Below are positions 16,244 to 26,326 of a stretch of 38,414 nt of DNA, piece after piece. A model generated the notes under the pieces. It was not told the origin of the DNA and made no database searches. It saw only the letters and a list, made by a program, of their open reading frames with translations. Both the position numbers and the translations under genes were made by a program. How positions within the stretch are numbered: position 1 is the stretch's first letter; every line of letters starts with the position of its first letter. The DNA comes from a virus (Duplodnaviria; Caudoviricetes), in the IMG/VR virus record IMGVR_UViG_3300027790_000527, positions 1-38,414 of that record, one strand, 5' to 3'.

Positions 16244-17371
16244 TTACCCCAATTTCACAAGGCGCCAGGCGGCGCCATCAAACTTGAAGCCCATCGTTAT
16301 GCCGCTGCCATTGAATTCGAGGAACTGGCCTTGGCCGTCGTATCCTGCAGCACCAAAGTCAATGGTAAACGGCGCCTGAAAGGCGTTAAGGGTTCCATCA
16401 AAGACTGAGAAATAGTCTTCTGCGGCGGGGGTCGCTGGCGCCGTGATGGTCACGGATGGCGCATTGACTGTAATCTCATCCCCGCGGCTGGCGTTATAGT
16501 TCGCCGTGACAATCGGCCTTGCGATAAGGCTGTTTGCCAAAGAGGTAGCGCTTGCCGCGGCAGCCAGCTCACTGGTGGCGGCGGCGGTTGCGCTGTCAGA
16601 TGCGGCGGCAGCATAAATCGCCGCATTTCCTTCATGGTTCGAGGCCGCTTGCGCGATATTCTTGAAGTTTTCCGCCTCGTCCCGGTATCCGAGTGCGGCT
16701 GTTGCCGCATCACTTGCCGTTGTCGCGCTGGCTGCAGATGCGCCCGCGCTGTTTGTAGAATTGGTTGCAGCCGTTTCTGCCTGCATTTTGGAAGCGGCAG
16801 CCTCGTCCCGGTATCCTTGCGCAGCTGTCGCGGCCCCTGTCGCTGTTGTGGCGCTTGCACCTGCTGCTGTCGCACTGTCTCCGGCATTGCTCTCGCTAAG
16901 GCTGGCGCCTTGCGCAGCAAGCAGGGTTGCGGCAAGGTCGCCGTGCGCGCTGAAAATCTGCCAGTAGGTGCCATTGTGCCGCATATTGGCGATACTGCCT
17001 TCCGGCATATCGCCTGGCACAAGATCAGATCCGTCAGCCCGCTTGATCGCGATTTTCCCAAGGTAGACCTCGTTGGGACCCATCACATCAAGGGTGGCCG
17101 GCCCGGTGTTGCCGCCACCAACCGGCACCACAAACATTGCCCCCATGCCTGCCTCATAGGCTTCCGGCGTGATTGGTAGGGTCAGCAGATATTCATTGGC
17201 CGCGCCCATCGTGGCTGTGCCCAGGGTGACGGTATCGCCCTGCAGCAGATCCGGTGCTGGCAGCTTGTCAAACCCAGCCTGTACCGCCAGCAGGGTCTGG
17301 TTGATGGAGTTAGCCCGCGCAAGCGTGTGTTCTTCTTGGGCTGCAGCAAGGGTAAAATACTGGTTCGTCAT
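16244..17371 (-). CDS. Tail fibre / fibre-anchor protein (375 aa)
   Basis: N-terminal anchor with NTGPATL; Ala/Ser/Thr coiled-coil repeats; beta-rich C-terminal module ending DGAAWRL. Confidence 0.75.
   Translation of the reverse strand: MTNQYFTLAAAQEEHTLARANSINQTLLAVQAGFDKLPAPDLLQGDTVTLGTATMGAANEYLLTLPITPEAYEAGMGAMFVVPVGGGNTGPATLDVMGPNEVYLGKIAIKRADGSDLVPGDMPEGSIANMRHNGTYWQIFSAHGDLAATLLAAQGASLSESNAGDSATAAGASATTATGAATAAQGYRDEAAASKMQAETAATNSTNSAGASAASATTASDAATAALGYRDEAENFKNIAQAASNHEGNAAIYAAAASDSATAAATSELAAAASATSLANSLIARPIVTANYNASRGDEITVNAPSVTITAPATPAAEDYFSVFDGTLNAFQAPFTIDFGAAGYDGQGQFLEFNGSGITMGFKFDGAAWRLVKLG
16674..16816. repeat. 17-bp direct repeat, 126-nt (42-aa) period, in the fibre stalk
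   Basis: GCCTCGTCCCGGTATCC at 16674-16690 and 16800-16816 (GYRDEA twice). Confidence 0.85.
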
Positions 17372-19446
17372 CGCTTCTTTTTCCTCGGGCTGAAATAATA
17401 GGTGATGCCATGCAATGTGTGGGGGGCTTCGATCGTGACGCTGCCGCCGATCGCTACAGAGATATTGCTGCCGTATCCGTCGATATAGGCTTCTGCTGTG
17501 CCTTCAACCTGGGACCAATAGAAGTTGTCCCAATAGACCTCATCCCAGAAGCCGCCGCCGCCATACACGTCAAACTCTTCCCGCGTGACTGAGGGAAGCG
17601 TTGGGCTGCCATAGGAGAAGTCTGCAGACACTGCGATTTGAGCGCTGGCCCCGGTATTCATTTCTAGCGCCACCTGATGGTAGCGCTTGTCCATGGACGG
17701 ATAGCCAAGGTTATTGAAGGGAAGCCGCAGCAGGAACTCAAGCGGCTGGCCGTCATAGCTGCTGCCGCTATTGACCCGGTAAACATAACCGTCATCCGAG
17801 CCCATATAGATAACCTCGTCGCCTTGGTCGTCTTCCACGGAACAGGCGCAACGTACAACCCGGTCATACCTGACGGGCATTGCTTCCACATACCTGCCAG
17901 CAAAACTGAACACCAGCCCGGTCTGATCGTCAAAGAACAGCCAATACTGGCTTTGTTCTGTCACCACAAAGGACGCAGTTACCTTGGCGTTCGATTGGCG
18001 CTTCTTGTCCAGATAGGGCTTAATTTTCCTGCTGATAACCGAAGGGCTGAAATTCCCGTAGGTCTGGGTGCTTGTCAGGTCACGGGCGCCTGCATTGTCG
18101 TAGAATACCGGCTGCCCAACGTCCTGCACGGACCATTCATAGGCACCCACTTTCTTTCGCACGATCTGCAGGTCAGCGTCGGAATTGTCGCCGCCCAGAA
18201 CCTTGCCATACAGAGCCCCAATCTTGTTGCGCGCAAAGATGATCAACGCCCCGGCATAACCAGAAACAAAGCCGGTCACATCGTCGCCCATGCCCAGCTC
18301 GCCAGCTCCCGTTATCACTTGCCACTCAAGGGGCCTGCCAAGCGACGAGAACTGCACAGACCCGCCCCGGAAACCAAGCATAAGGTAGCTGCTATGCTCT
18401 GCAATATGGATGGGGGCATCCACCGGCGTTCCAGTGTGGATCTGGGCAAAGACCTCGCCGTCAAATTCAAAGGCATGGTTCACGCCGTCGCAACCGTACA
18501 TGCGCCGCGTCTCTGTGCCCGCATAGAAGTTTTCGTTGATGAACTCATAGCGCCCGCCAGGCTGCAGCGTGATCGCGGCGCTTGCGCCAGATGCAACCGC
18601 TTTCGTAACAGCATCCACCTGCAGGTTCTCGCCATCAGCAAACGCACCGGTAACGCTGGTGAAGATCAGCCGCCCGGCTGCGTCGTTTGTGGTCCAGTCA
18701 CCAGACTGCACAATCACGCGCTTTACTGTGGCCGTCGCAGCGCTTGTGGCTCCCGTCAGCACGTCACCTTCTGCAATGGCGCCTGAACCTGCCGTAAAAG
18801 CAACCTCAAAGCCCAGCGGCACGCTCTGCCAGCCAGAAGCGGTGCTGCGGTGCATAACGCAGGCCGTAGCGCCAGCATTGTCACGAAAAGCATAGGTTGA
18901 CCCGCCATAATCCCACACGCCGCGAACAGGTCCGGACCCCGGCACCTTGTCCACCTTGGACCGCTGCAGCTCAATCGCAGCTGCTTTAAAAGACCTGTGA
19001 TCAGCGTCGTTTGTGGCGCCGTCCTGCACCGGGTCGCCATCAAGGGTTGCCCGCGGGGATCCTGCGACCTCAAGCTGTTCGCCGTCAGTGAAGGTGCCGT
19101 CAAGCGCGCTCACCACGATATAGCCTACCGCATCTGCGGTGCCATAGGTGCCCGACAGGACAACAGGATCCTGCAGCAGCTCGCACGTCGCGCCCGATAC
19201 GGCGCCGGTAACGGTATCGCCAGAAGCAAAAGCCACCGTCCCGCCGCTGAATTGCATTACGTGGTAAACTGCCTCGCTGGGCAAACCTCTGCCATCCCAG
19301 CGCTCAAAGCCAGAAATAAGGCGGTAGCCTTCCGGGCGCGGCTCATAGTTGAAGCCGCCGATAGCATTGCCGCCCTTGCGCTCAATAGGCGGCGTGACAA
19401 GATCCATGCCACCGCGCAGTCCATATGTTCTGTCATGCTGGCTCAT
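17368..19446 (-). CDS. Tail nozzle / tail tubular protein B-like (692 aa)
   Basis: Size, beta-rich sequence, GGMDL N-terminus, GSDDGYVY motif; follows the adaptor. Confidence 0.75.
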   Translation of the reverse strand: MSQHDRTYGLRGGMDLVTPPIERKGGNAIGGFNYEPRPEGYRLISGFERWDGRGLPSEAVYHVMQFSGGTVAFASGDTVTGAVSGATCELLQDPVVLSGTYGTADAVGYIVVSALDGTFTDGEQLEVAGSPRATLDGDPVQDGATNDADHRSFKAAAIELQRSKVDKVPGSGPVRGVWDYGGSTYAFRDNAGATACVMHRSTASGWQSVPLGFEVAFTAGSGAIAEGDVLTGATSAATATVKRVIVQSGDWTTNDAAGRLIFTSVTGAFADGENLQVDAVTKAVASGASAAITLQPGGRYEFINENFYAGTETRRMYGCDGVNHAFEFDGEVFAQIHTGTPVDAPIHIAEHSSYLMLGFRGGSVQFSSLGRPLEWQVITGAGELGMGDDVTGFVSGYAGALIIFARNKIGALYGKVLGGDNSDADLQIVRKKVGAYEWSVQDVGQPVFYDNAGARDLTSTQTYGNFSPSVISRKIKPYLDKKRQSNAKVTASFVVTEQSQYWLFFDDQTGLVFSFAGRYVEAMPVRYDRVVRCACSVEDDQGDEVIYMGSDDGYVYRVNSGSSYDGQPLEFLLRLPFNNLGYPSMDKRYHQVALEMNTGASAQIAVSADFSYGSPTLPSVTREEFDVYGGGGFWDEVYWDNFYWSQVEGTAEAYIDGYGSNISVAIGGSVTIEAPHTLHGITYYFSPRKKKR

Positions 19447-20126
19447 GCGAGGGGCCCACCAAAACTAGGGCTGTCCAGCTCGCGGTCCATCAGCGCTGAA
19501 AGAAGCTCGCCATATTCCCTGCTTGCTGTCGCAGCTGCTTCCCCCGCCTCATCATGTTCATTCAGCAGCAGCAGCGCGCGCCAAACGATAATATCGTGAT
19601 GGTCGGTGTGAAATTCCGGGGTGTCAGTATCAAGGCTCAGGGTCTGAACCGATTTATGATACTCGCCCTCAAGGCTGTAAACGCCATCCGGCTTTGGTGC
19701 CAGCATCAGCGCGTTGTCGCCTGGACGAACACTCCAATAGGATGGCCTGCCCGCTTCGGCGTATGACCGGCGCGTGGTGGCTCGAAACTCATTCCAAGGC
19801 ACATAGATCAGCTGCGTCTGTGTTTGCGCAGACTCGCCCGCCTTGGTGCAGAAAAGGGGGCTGGTATCAAGCCAGCTCCCCAGATCCTTTATTCCCCAAG
19901 AGGCAGCAGTATAGGCTTCGGTGTTGACGATCGTGTCCTTTGCGAACTCCCGGCGCATCCAGCGCCAGTCTGTTCGCATAAGCTGGATCTTGCGCCATGC
20001 CTGCGCCGTGAACCGAACGATCTTCAAAAGCCGTCCGGTTTGCCCAACTACCGCCGTTGGCTGCCCACCAGTTACAGTGCCGCTCTCGCGCGCCACGCTC
20101 TGGCACAGCTCAAGGAAATTTGCCAT
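19443..20126 (-). CDS. Head-tail adaptor / tail tubular protein A-like (227 aa)
   Basis: MANFLELCQSV start, GRPSYW...LAPKPD, HDIIVWRAL motifs. Confidence 0.75.
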   Translation of the reverse strand: MANFLELCQSVARESGTVTGGQPTAVVGQTGRLLKIVRFTAQAWRKIQLMRTDWRWMRREFAKDTIVNTEAYTAASWGIKDLGSWLDTSPLFCTKAGESAQTQTQLIYVPWNEFRATTRRSYAEAGRPSYWSVRPGDNALMLAPKPDGVYSLEGEYHKSVQTLSLDTDTPEFHTDHHDIIVWRALLLLNEHDEAGEAAATASREYGELLSALMDRELDSPSFGGPLA

Positions 20127-20154
20127 TTATGCTACCTCTTGGGGAAAGGATGGA

Positions 20155-20733
20155 TTAAGCGGCAGGACCGCTGATGATGCGGAACGGATACTGCATCGCT
20201 TTGTAGCTTTTCATGTCGCCCTTTTCGTCCTGCGAGAAGCGCTCAGCTACAGCGTTTTCCAGTACCTTCACGTACTTCATCTTGACCTTCACTGGCTCGC
20301 CGCGCGGGATCAGCTGGCCGACACCGTTGACCGAAACAAAGACCGGGCGCTCACCGTCGCGGCCTTCTGTGCGTTCGATCAGGATTTCAACCATCGCATT
20401 CATCGGGTCGCCCTGGGCTGCCGGTGCGGGTGCTGGTGTTGGGTCAGGTGCTTGGGTAACAACCGGCGCCACCACTGGTGCAGCAGCTGCGGCCACAATT
20501 GGCGCTGGGGCTGCCTCACTGGCCGCGGGCTCATTCACTGTTGCCTCATTATCAGCTGCCGGGGTTTCGTCCGGCACCTCGATCTCTTTCAGGTCCGGGT
20601 TCGCCTCGGTGATTTTGGCCAGAAGCTTGGTTTCGCCCGTATTGTGCTTCACATCAAGACCAAGGACGGTCGCAGCATAATAGAAAAGCTGGTCGCGGTT
20701 GGCTTCGTTCAGTGCAACTTTCACAGTCTGCAT
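20155..20733 (-). CDS. Capsid-module hypothetical protein with Pro/Ala linker (about 192 aa)
   Basis: Likely start MQTVKV; PVFVSVNG...IPRG C-terminal domain. Confidence 0.7.
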   Translation of the reverse strand: MQTVKVALNEANRDQLFYYAATVLGLDVKHNTGETKLLAKITEANPDLKEIEVPDETPAADNEATVNEPAASEAAPAPIVAAAAAPVVAPVVTQAPDPTPAPAPAAQGDPMNAMVEILIERTEGRDGERPVFVSVNGVGQLIPRGEPVKVKMKYVKVLENAVAERFSQDEKGDMKSYKAMQYPFRIISGPAA

Positions 20734-20740
20734 ATCAGTC

Positions 20741-21049
20741 TCACTTTGCTTGTTTTGAAAGTTCAGAACGCAGGTGGTAGCCCTCAAGTGCCCAGATCTT
20801 CTGGCGTGCATTTTCAAAGGCAATCTTGCGTCCGATTTCGGCGTCAAAATTTTGGGGTGATGCGCAGGCGCTCTCGCCTACGACTTGATAACCGTTCTTG
20901 AGCGTGAGGGCGCAAACGGTCAGGGTCGTGCCAGGGAAAACATGGAACTGTTGCGACACGATACAGTCGTCAATCTGTGCCGTGGTCAAACGTGGTGCAT
21001 TCAGGCCCTTGGCATTGATTTCCGCCTCAATGGCTGTTTCGTCTTTCAT
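20741..21049 (-). CDS. Phage gp49/gp66-family (N4 gp49/Sf6 gp66-like) protein (102 aa)
   Basis: APRLT...TVCALTLKNGYQVVGESACASPQNFDAEIGRKIA...IWALEGY signature. Confidence 0.85.
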   Translation of the reverse strand: MKDETAIEAEINAKGLNAPRLTTAQIDDCIVSQQFHVFPGTTLTVCALTLKNGYQVVGESACASPQNFDAEIGRKIAFENARQKIWALEGYHLRSELSKQAK

Positions 21050-21071
21050 GGCTTCGCTTTCAACGAGCGTG

Positions 21072-21104
21072 AAAAGAAAAAAGGGGGGCAAGAAGCCCCC
21101 CTTT
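21072..21104 (-). terminator. Intrinsic terminator after the major capsid gene
   Basis: Minus strand AAAGGGGGGC-TTCTT-GCCCCCCTTT followed by TTTCTTTT. Confidence 0.85.
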
Positions 21105-21132
21105 CACGGGTACTCAGAACGAATTACCGGCC

Positions 21133-22128
21133 TTAGAGGCTGGTAGCGGCCACTTCGAGGCGGGCCATCCAGTTTTGGTTCAGGATGACAGCTGCAAAGT
21201 AGGTCTTCCAAGACACGTAACCGCGCTGGCCCAGAGGGTCAGACTTGGAAGGCTGGCCAGGGTTGATTACCATCGGAGTGATGGCGTTCATGCCCTTGAG
21301 TGGCACAAGGCCATATGCATCCCGGCCAATGAAGATAACCGGGTAAACGTCGGCTTGGGCGCCGCTGGTGGTCAGCATGCCGTTGAAGGCACCGCCCGCA
21401 TCAGGCCACGCATCCAGCTCGGAAGAAAGCACATATCGCACATTCTCGACGGAACCGATTTCCTGAGCGCAGAGAATTTGGCGGCTGCCATACTCTGCCG
21501 TGGAAATGAAGCCCGCAAGGTTGCGAATGTCGCTTTCAAGGTTGGTGTGCGCAACGGCCACATATGCCTGTTCCACCGGCTTGGTGGAATAGTTCGTGGA
21601 ACCGCTCAGAACATTGGTGATGAACGCCGCTTTCTGGGCACGCAGGCCGCGCGTTACCGCACGCTGCTTGTCCAGGCTGATCGCCGTGTTCACTTGGTTC
21701 CGGGCCGTGCCGTTTGCATAGAAGACGTTGGTGCCGGCCTTGATTGCGCCATAGGTGATCATTTCCACCGTAAGGGCGGCTTGCTCACCAGCCAGCATGG
21801 ATGCGTCCTTAAGCACGGGATCTTCCGCAAGGTCTGCAACCTTGTCGGAGATCTCGATAGGGACACCATACTGGTTCAGGGTAACTTCCACGTCCTCATA
21901 CGCCATCTTCTGGGCGTTAGGGGTCACACCCTCAACAAGAGGCGTGGTTGCTGCACCGAACGGCACAGGGCGGCGGAACTTGACCTTTTCCGCCTTGTTT
22001 TTGGGCATCGGCTTGGTTTGGCCGAATTTTGCCAGGACCAGCTCAGGCTCGGCGTGCTTGAGCATTTCGTTTGCGGCCCAGCCAGCGGTACGCTGGTTAA
22101 TGTCGCCGTAGGTAGTCGTGTTAGGCAT
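21133..22128 (-). CDS. Major capsid protein, N4-gp56 family (331 aa)
   Basis: KFRR...TPLVEGVTP, TLNQYG, KSDPLGQRGYVSWK...ILNQNWMARLE; follows the scaffold gene. Confidence 0.92.
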   Translation of the reverse strand: MPNTTTYGDINQRTAGWAANEMLKHAEPELVLAKFGQTKPMPKNKAEKVKFRRPVPFGAATTPLVEGVTPNAQKMAYEDVEVTLNQYGVPIEISDKVADLAEDPVLKDASMLAGEQAALTVEMITYGAIKAGTNVFYANGTARNQVNTAISLDKQRAVTRGLRAQKAAFITNVLSGSTNYSTKPVEQAYVAVAHTNLESDIRNLAGFISTAEYGSRQILCAQEIGSVENVRYVLSSELDAWPDAGGAFNGMLTTSGAQADVYPVIFIGRDAYGLVPLKGMNAITPMVINPGQPSKSDPLGQRGYVSWKTYFAAVILNQNWMARLEVAATSL

Positions 22129-22136
22129 TACCTATC

Positions 22137-23111
22137 TCACTTCTCGTCTTGACGAGCGTAGAACTTGAACGCTGACTCGAAGTCGTCGGCTGGCCCATCC
22201 CCGCCACCTGTGGAGGTGCGAGAGGTCGGCGCAGACGCAGACTTGCGTTGCAGGTCACGTTTACTGGTCGTCGGTTTTTCTTCTGGATTGGGTTGCGGGT
22301 CTGGTTGCCCGCCGTTGCCCTGATCGGCATTGAGGGACTGCTTGAAAAGCGCAATCACTGCCGCCGCTTCTTCACCATCGACAATGTGTTCGCTGTTGCG
22401 AGCGAGCGCGTCTTGGATCATGCGCGGCTGATCACCAACCCATGCGTGGAACTCGTCGGATCCCCCAATCTGCTGCCAATCAGGGTGCGCATCGGACAAG
22501 TAGTTTTGCTGGCTGATGATGTAGGACTGGTGCTTCTCTTGGTCCATCGAGGCCAAACGCTGTTCAAGCACATCGGCCCTTGCCTCAGAGGCTTTCAGTT
22601 TCTTTTCAATCGGCCCCACCACTTCCGGGTAGTCTGCGCGGAGGCTTTCGAAATCGTCCTCGGCGTCGTCACCCTGGGCAGTGCCGTTTTTGTTGGTGGC
22701 GGCACCGTTACCGTGTGCGGCCAGTTGGCGCTTCAACTCTTCGTTTTCGCGCTGGGTTTCTGCATATTTCCGGTTCAATGCACTGATACGGCCCGTGTCA
22801 GAGCGGTATCGGTGGTCAACGTCCCGGTATTTGGTTTGCAGGGCCTCAAACTCGGCCCGCAGCGGCTCAGGGGCATCTGCCCACGGATCCGCCTTATTCT
22901 CGTCTTCGTCGCCTTGCGGCGCGGCGTCTTCTTGCCCGCCTTCACCTTCGCCCGCGGCATCGTCTGCGGCGGGTTCTTCTTGATCTGCCGCAGTATCCGC
23001 TGGCGGCGTCGGCTCTGGTTCTTTTGCTGGTTCTTGTGTGCCTGAACCTTCGCCAGATGCTGCGTTGAATGCTGCTTCAAATTCGTCGTGATCGGTCTTT
23101 TTGTCAGTCAT
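22137..23111 (-). CDS. Capsid scaffolding protein (324 aa)
   Basis: Acidic disordered N-terminus, coiled coil, HPDW...FHAW motif; directly upstream of the capsid gene. Confidence 0.75.
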   Translation of the reverse strand: MTDKKTDHDEFEAAFNAASGEGSGTQEPAKEPEPTPPADTAADQEEPAADDAAGEGEGGQEDAAPQGDEDENKADPWADAPEPLRAEFEALQTKYRDVDHRYRSDTGRISALNRKYAETQRENEELKRQLAAHGNGAATNKNGTAQGDDAEDDFESLRADYPEVVGPIEKKLKASEARADVLEQRLASMDQEKHQSYIISQQNYLSDAHPDWQQIGGSDEFHAWVGDQPRMIQDALARNSEHIVDGEEAAAVIALFKQSLNADQGNGGQPDPQPNPEEKPTTSKRDLQRKSASAPTSRTSTGGGDGPADDFESAFKFYARQDEK

Positions 23112-23153
23112 GTTGGCTTAATTCCTCAACGGCCCGGGTGGGCGGTTTCGTGG

Positions 23154-23372
23154 TTAAATGCCGTAGGATTCGGTTTGCATTTCCTCGGCGGGCTCATCAG
23201 CGCTCTTGGGTGCATCCTCAAGCGCTTGAAGCTCTGCGAGACGCCCCCGCAGAACTTGTGTCTGGTCGTGTGTGGTGTTGGGATCCTGCAGCTGCTCAAG
23301 CAGCAGCTTGCGCCTGGCGAGGATCCATTTCTGGATCGCCTGCCAGTCCATTCCGTGGACATTGATTTTCAT
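23154..23372 (-). CDS. Small portal-adjacent hypothetical protein (72 aa)
   Basis: WQAI...TQVLRGRLAEL pattern typical of genes following podovirus portals. Confidence 0.7.
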   Translation of the reverse strand: MKINVHGMDWQAIQKWILARRKLLLEQLQDPNTTHDQTQVLRGRLAELQALEDAPKSADEPAEEMQTESYGI

Positions 23373-23381
23373 AGTGTCGGG

Positions 23382-25598
23382 CTAGATCGCGCCGCCAAAG
23401 CTGGTGCCGGGCACCTCAACCGCGCGCTGTGCCGCCTCTTCTCGGGCCAGCTTCATCTTGAAGCCTGCCTCGGCAGCCATCTTGCGTTCGTCGCCTTCCT
23501 GCGCCATCTGGGCAATTCCAAGCTTGGTGCGCAGTTCCTCAATCTTCATGCCCTTCTGTTCCGCCAGCTTCATCAGCTCGGTTTCGCGGTTGATCAGGGC
23601 AATTTCCTTGCGGCCATCCAGCTCCATCTGGATCGTCTGCAGCTTCACTTCTTCCGGTGATGGGCCAGTTTGTGCTGTGCCCTGCTGCGACGCCATCTGC
23701 TGTTCCATCCATTCCTTGTATTCTTCGTCGTCGCGGATCAGGTCGTCCGACGAAAGCATCATGGATTGAACAACCTTCCGTAGCCCTTCGTCCTTCTTGA
23801 TGCGGCCCGCAAGCTCTGGATCCTGTGCGGCCAGCTGCAGCAACACCATGAGGTTTTGAGACTGCAGTTCGCGCACTAGCAGAACGGAGGATCCGCGGGC
23901 GTCAACCTGCATGTCGCCTTTAATGTCCAGCTTGTCGTTGAACTGCATGTTCCAGTCGTACAGGCGACGCAGGCACGGCACGGTCAGATCATCATCAAGG
24001 TTCTTGATCACGCGGCGGAAGATCACGTTGGAGCTGTTCATCAGCATGGCCAGACCGTGAACCGTGTTGGCCACCTGCCCGCCTTGCTCGCCCTGCATTG
24101 GGCCCGGCAGGCTGACCTCTTCGTCAATGAACTGCTTGCCAAAGGTGATGATGTTGGCCAGCTCGGACTGGTTGCTGTCGATTGAGACAACCTGAAACGG
24201 CGTGATACCGTTTGGCGCATTGTCATTGATCTTCCAGACCTTGCGGGCTGTCAGCTCCCAAACCCCGTCTGCAGGCGATACAGCCTTCTGGTTGACCAGA
24301 ACCTGCGGCCCGGCAGATAGCCCGCCATTGTCCAGCATCATGCGCCACGCAGCGTTTACGGCTGACTGGCTGTCGCGCATCAAGGCAGGAACGCCCCAAC
24401 CCCACATGCTGGAAACATCCTTGGCGAAGTTGACAATGCTATAGATAGGCTCGCCACTATCGAGGTGGTGGATACCGAATTTCAGGACGTGGCCCTGGCA
24501 GACATAAACCACCACATCAACGTCCGTCAGCGGGTCAACCTCGCCTTCAATAGCGCGCCAATCATCGGCCTGATCAAAGCCATAGAACAGATCTTTCAGC
24601 TCGTTTTGCTCAATTGGCCCTCGGTATTCCCAGACCACAAAGCGGTTCTCGATAGAGGCTTCGTTCTGGCGGGCGATCGCGCGGATCTGGCTGATGTAAT
24701 CAGGGATCTTGCCTTGTGGCCCCTCTTCCAGCAGCGCGCGCACCGCATCTTTGTCGAAGCCAAGCGCATAGGCCATCTTGCGCATTTTCTTCTTCGTCCA
24801 AAGGTGGCGCTCAAAGGTAAACTCGGCGTCCTCGATACGGGTTGCGTTCGGGTCTGGAAAGAAGTTCCAAGGATCCGTGCAGGTGAACACCGGGCGGGCA
24901 TCAGCAACCGCCTTGAGGTCGAAGTATTCCTGCCGCGTATTCTCATCATAGAGCTTGACCCAGCGGCGACGGGTCTTGCCGCCGTCGATCGGGCCTTTCA
25001 TGATACCGGTGCCCAGCTTGCACATGAACTCGATCGCGTCCCGGCATTCGGCGGCATAGCGTGCCTCAACCAGTTGATCTTCCATTTCACGCGACATGGA
25101 ATCGGATCTCGCGGTAGCTTCCTCCATATAGTCGCGGCTGGCGCGGGCCTTCTCTATCATGGCGGCTTGTGCCTCTGTGGGCGCCTGGCCTTCTTTCAGC
25201 CGCGGCTCCACGTCCAGACTGGCCTGCATTTCTGGTACAGGCGTCGGTTTTATGCCCCAATTCTTCTCGTCGGTCGGGAACATCAAGTCGAAGATCCGCG
25301 CAATCCAAGTGTCGGTTTTTGGGCGGGTCAGATGCACAAACAGACGCGACTTATTGCCGTCCTTTAGCTTCTTCTCGGTGTCGGCGTCGTAGCGGCCATA
25401 ATACTGGCGCGTATCGCCGTACCAGCCCAGCTCAACGTCCGACTTCTTCGCCACAACCTGCTCGGCTTCATTTTCGAGGCGGTGCGCTATGCCAGCGATA
25501 ACCTGCTTGACGCGCACTTCTTCCTTCTTCATCCGGTCCAATTCTTCCAGTTCTTCGACTGTCAGATCATGCGGTCCATCAATAACCTGCACTGGCAT
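23382..25598 (-). CDS. Portal protein (738 aa)
   Basis: GTGIMKGP, DPWNFFPDP, WGWGVP, RMMLDN; C-terminal coiled coil; follows TerL. Confidence 0.9.
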   Translation of the reverse strand: MPVQVIDGPHDLTVEELEELDRMKKEEVRVKQVIAGIAHRLENEAEQVVAKKSDVELGWYGDTRQYYGRYDADTEKKLKDGNKSRLFVHLTRPKTDTWIARIFDLMFPTDEKNWGIKPTPVPEMQASLDVEPRLKEGQAPTEAQAAMIEKARASRDYMEEATARSDSMSREMEDQLVEARYAAECRDAIEFMCKLGTGIMKGPIDGGKTRRRWVKLYDENTRQEYFDLKAVADARPVFTCTDPWNFFPDPNATRIEDAEFTFERHLWTKKKMRKMAYALGFDKDAVRALLEEGPQGKIPDYISQIRAIARQNEASIENRFVVWEYRGPIEQNELKDLFYGFDQADDWRAIEGEVDPLTDVDVVVYVCQGHVLKFGIHHLDSGEPIYSIVNFAKDVSSMWGWGVPALMRDSQSAVNAAWRMMLDNGGLSAGPQVLVNQKAVSPADGVWELTARKVWKINDNAPNGITPFQVVSIDSNQSELANIITFGKQFIDEEVSLPGPMQGEQGGQVANTVHGLAMLMNSSNVIFRRVIKNLDDDLTVPCLRRLYDWNMQFNDKLDIKGDMQVDARGSSVLLVRELQSQNLMVLLQLAAQDPELAGRIKKDEGLRKVVQSMMLSSDDLIRDDEEYKEWMEQQMASQQGTAQTGPSPEEVKLQTIQMELDGRKEIALINRETELMKLAEQKGMKIEELRTKLGIAQMAQEGDERKMAAEAGFKMKLAREEAAQRAVEVPGTSFGGAI

Positions 25599-26325
25599 CC
25601 CCTATACTTGAGCCAACAAGCGGCCCGGTGGTTTCGACTGGTTGAACGATGGCGCGGGCCAAGCCGCTGATAATCAGGTATCGGGTGGCGTCCATCAGGT
25701 GGTCGTTCTTCTTGACGATCCGCCCCTTTTCGTCGCGGCGGTAAAGCCGGTACTCGGCTAGCCAGTTGCCAAGCGTGGAAAACACCTTGAGGCGCCCGGT
25801 GGTCAGGCGCTCATAGATGTTGTAAATCCCGCTTTCGACGTTGTTGTCTGCGAACTGCAGATTGAGCCCAAGGGACCGATAGTCGGTAATAAGTTGCTCA
25901 CCGTCGCGCTGTGTGCGCCCCCGGCTTGCAGGGTCGATCACGCCGGGTATCCAGTTGCCCCTGGCCTTGATGGCCGTGGCATGGACGCTTGGCGGCGCTT
26001 CGCCCCGGTAGTGTTCGGCATAAAGATACAGCGTGTCTGTGTTCCGGTCGTGAGCGCCCCAAACACCCGCGGTCCTGTTCCAGCCCACATCAAGGCCGTA
26101 GGCGCGCGGGAAGTAGGCCGGGATCTGAAACGGCGCTACAACAAACTCGCTCTCGGGAACCGGAAAGATGGCGCCCGCCCCCAGCGACGGCGTGCCCTTC
26201 GACCGCGCATCCCGAAGGTGCGGCGGTGTGGCATCCAGCAGCTCGCGCTTAGTCTTTTCGTTCAAATGCGGTACATCGTCCCATCCTGCTTGGATGAGAT
26301 AGCGGCTTTCTGAAACGGCAGGCAT
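25579..26325 (-). CDS. terL: Terminase large subunit, C-terminal RNase H-like nuclease part (248 aa)
   Basis: WDDVPHL, GLDVGW, IDPAS, EYRLYRRD, DHLMDATRY. Confidence 0.88.
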   Translation of the reverse strand: MPAVSESRYLIQAGWDDVPHLNEKTKRELLDATPPHLRDARSKGTPSLGAGAIFPVPESEFVVAPFQIPAYFPRAYGLDVGWNRTAGVWGAHDRNTDTLYLYAEHYRGEAPPSVHATAIKARGNWIPGVIDPASRGRTQRDGEQLITDYRSLGLNLQFADNNVESGIYNIYERLTTGRLKVFSTLGNWLAEYRLYRRDEKGRIVKKNDHLMDATRYLIISGLARAIVQPVETTGPLVGSSIGDASAGY

Positions 26326-26326
26326 A

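Noticed and set aside
21110-21160. T7-like capsid frameshift or readthrough extension
   Set aside because: No slippery heptamer at the end of the capsid gene; a second in-frame TAA and a terminator follow
17677-25367. Plus-strand ORFs of 265-369 aa opposite the nozzle, capsid, scaffold and portal genes
   Set aside because: Same antisense-frame artefact; the minus-strand genes carry clear family motifs
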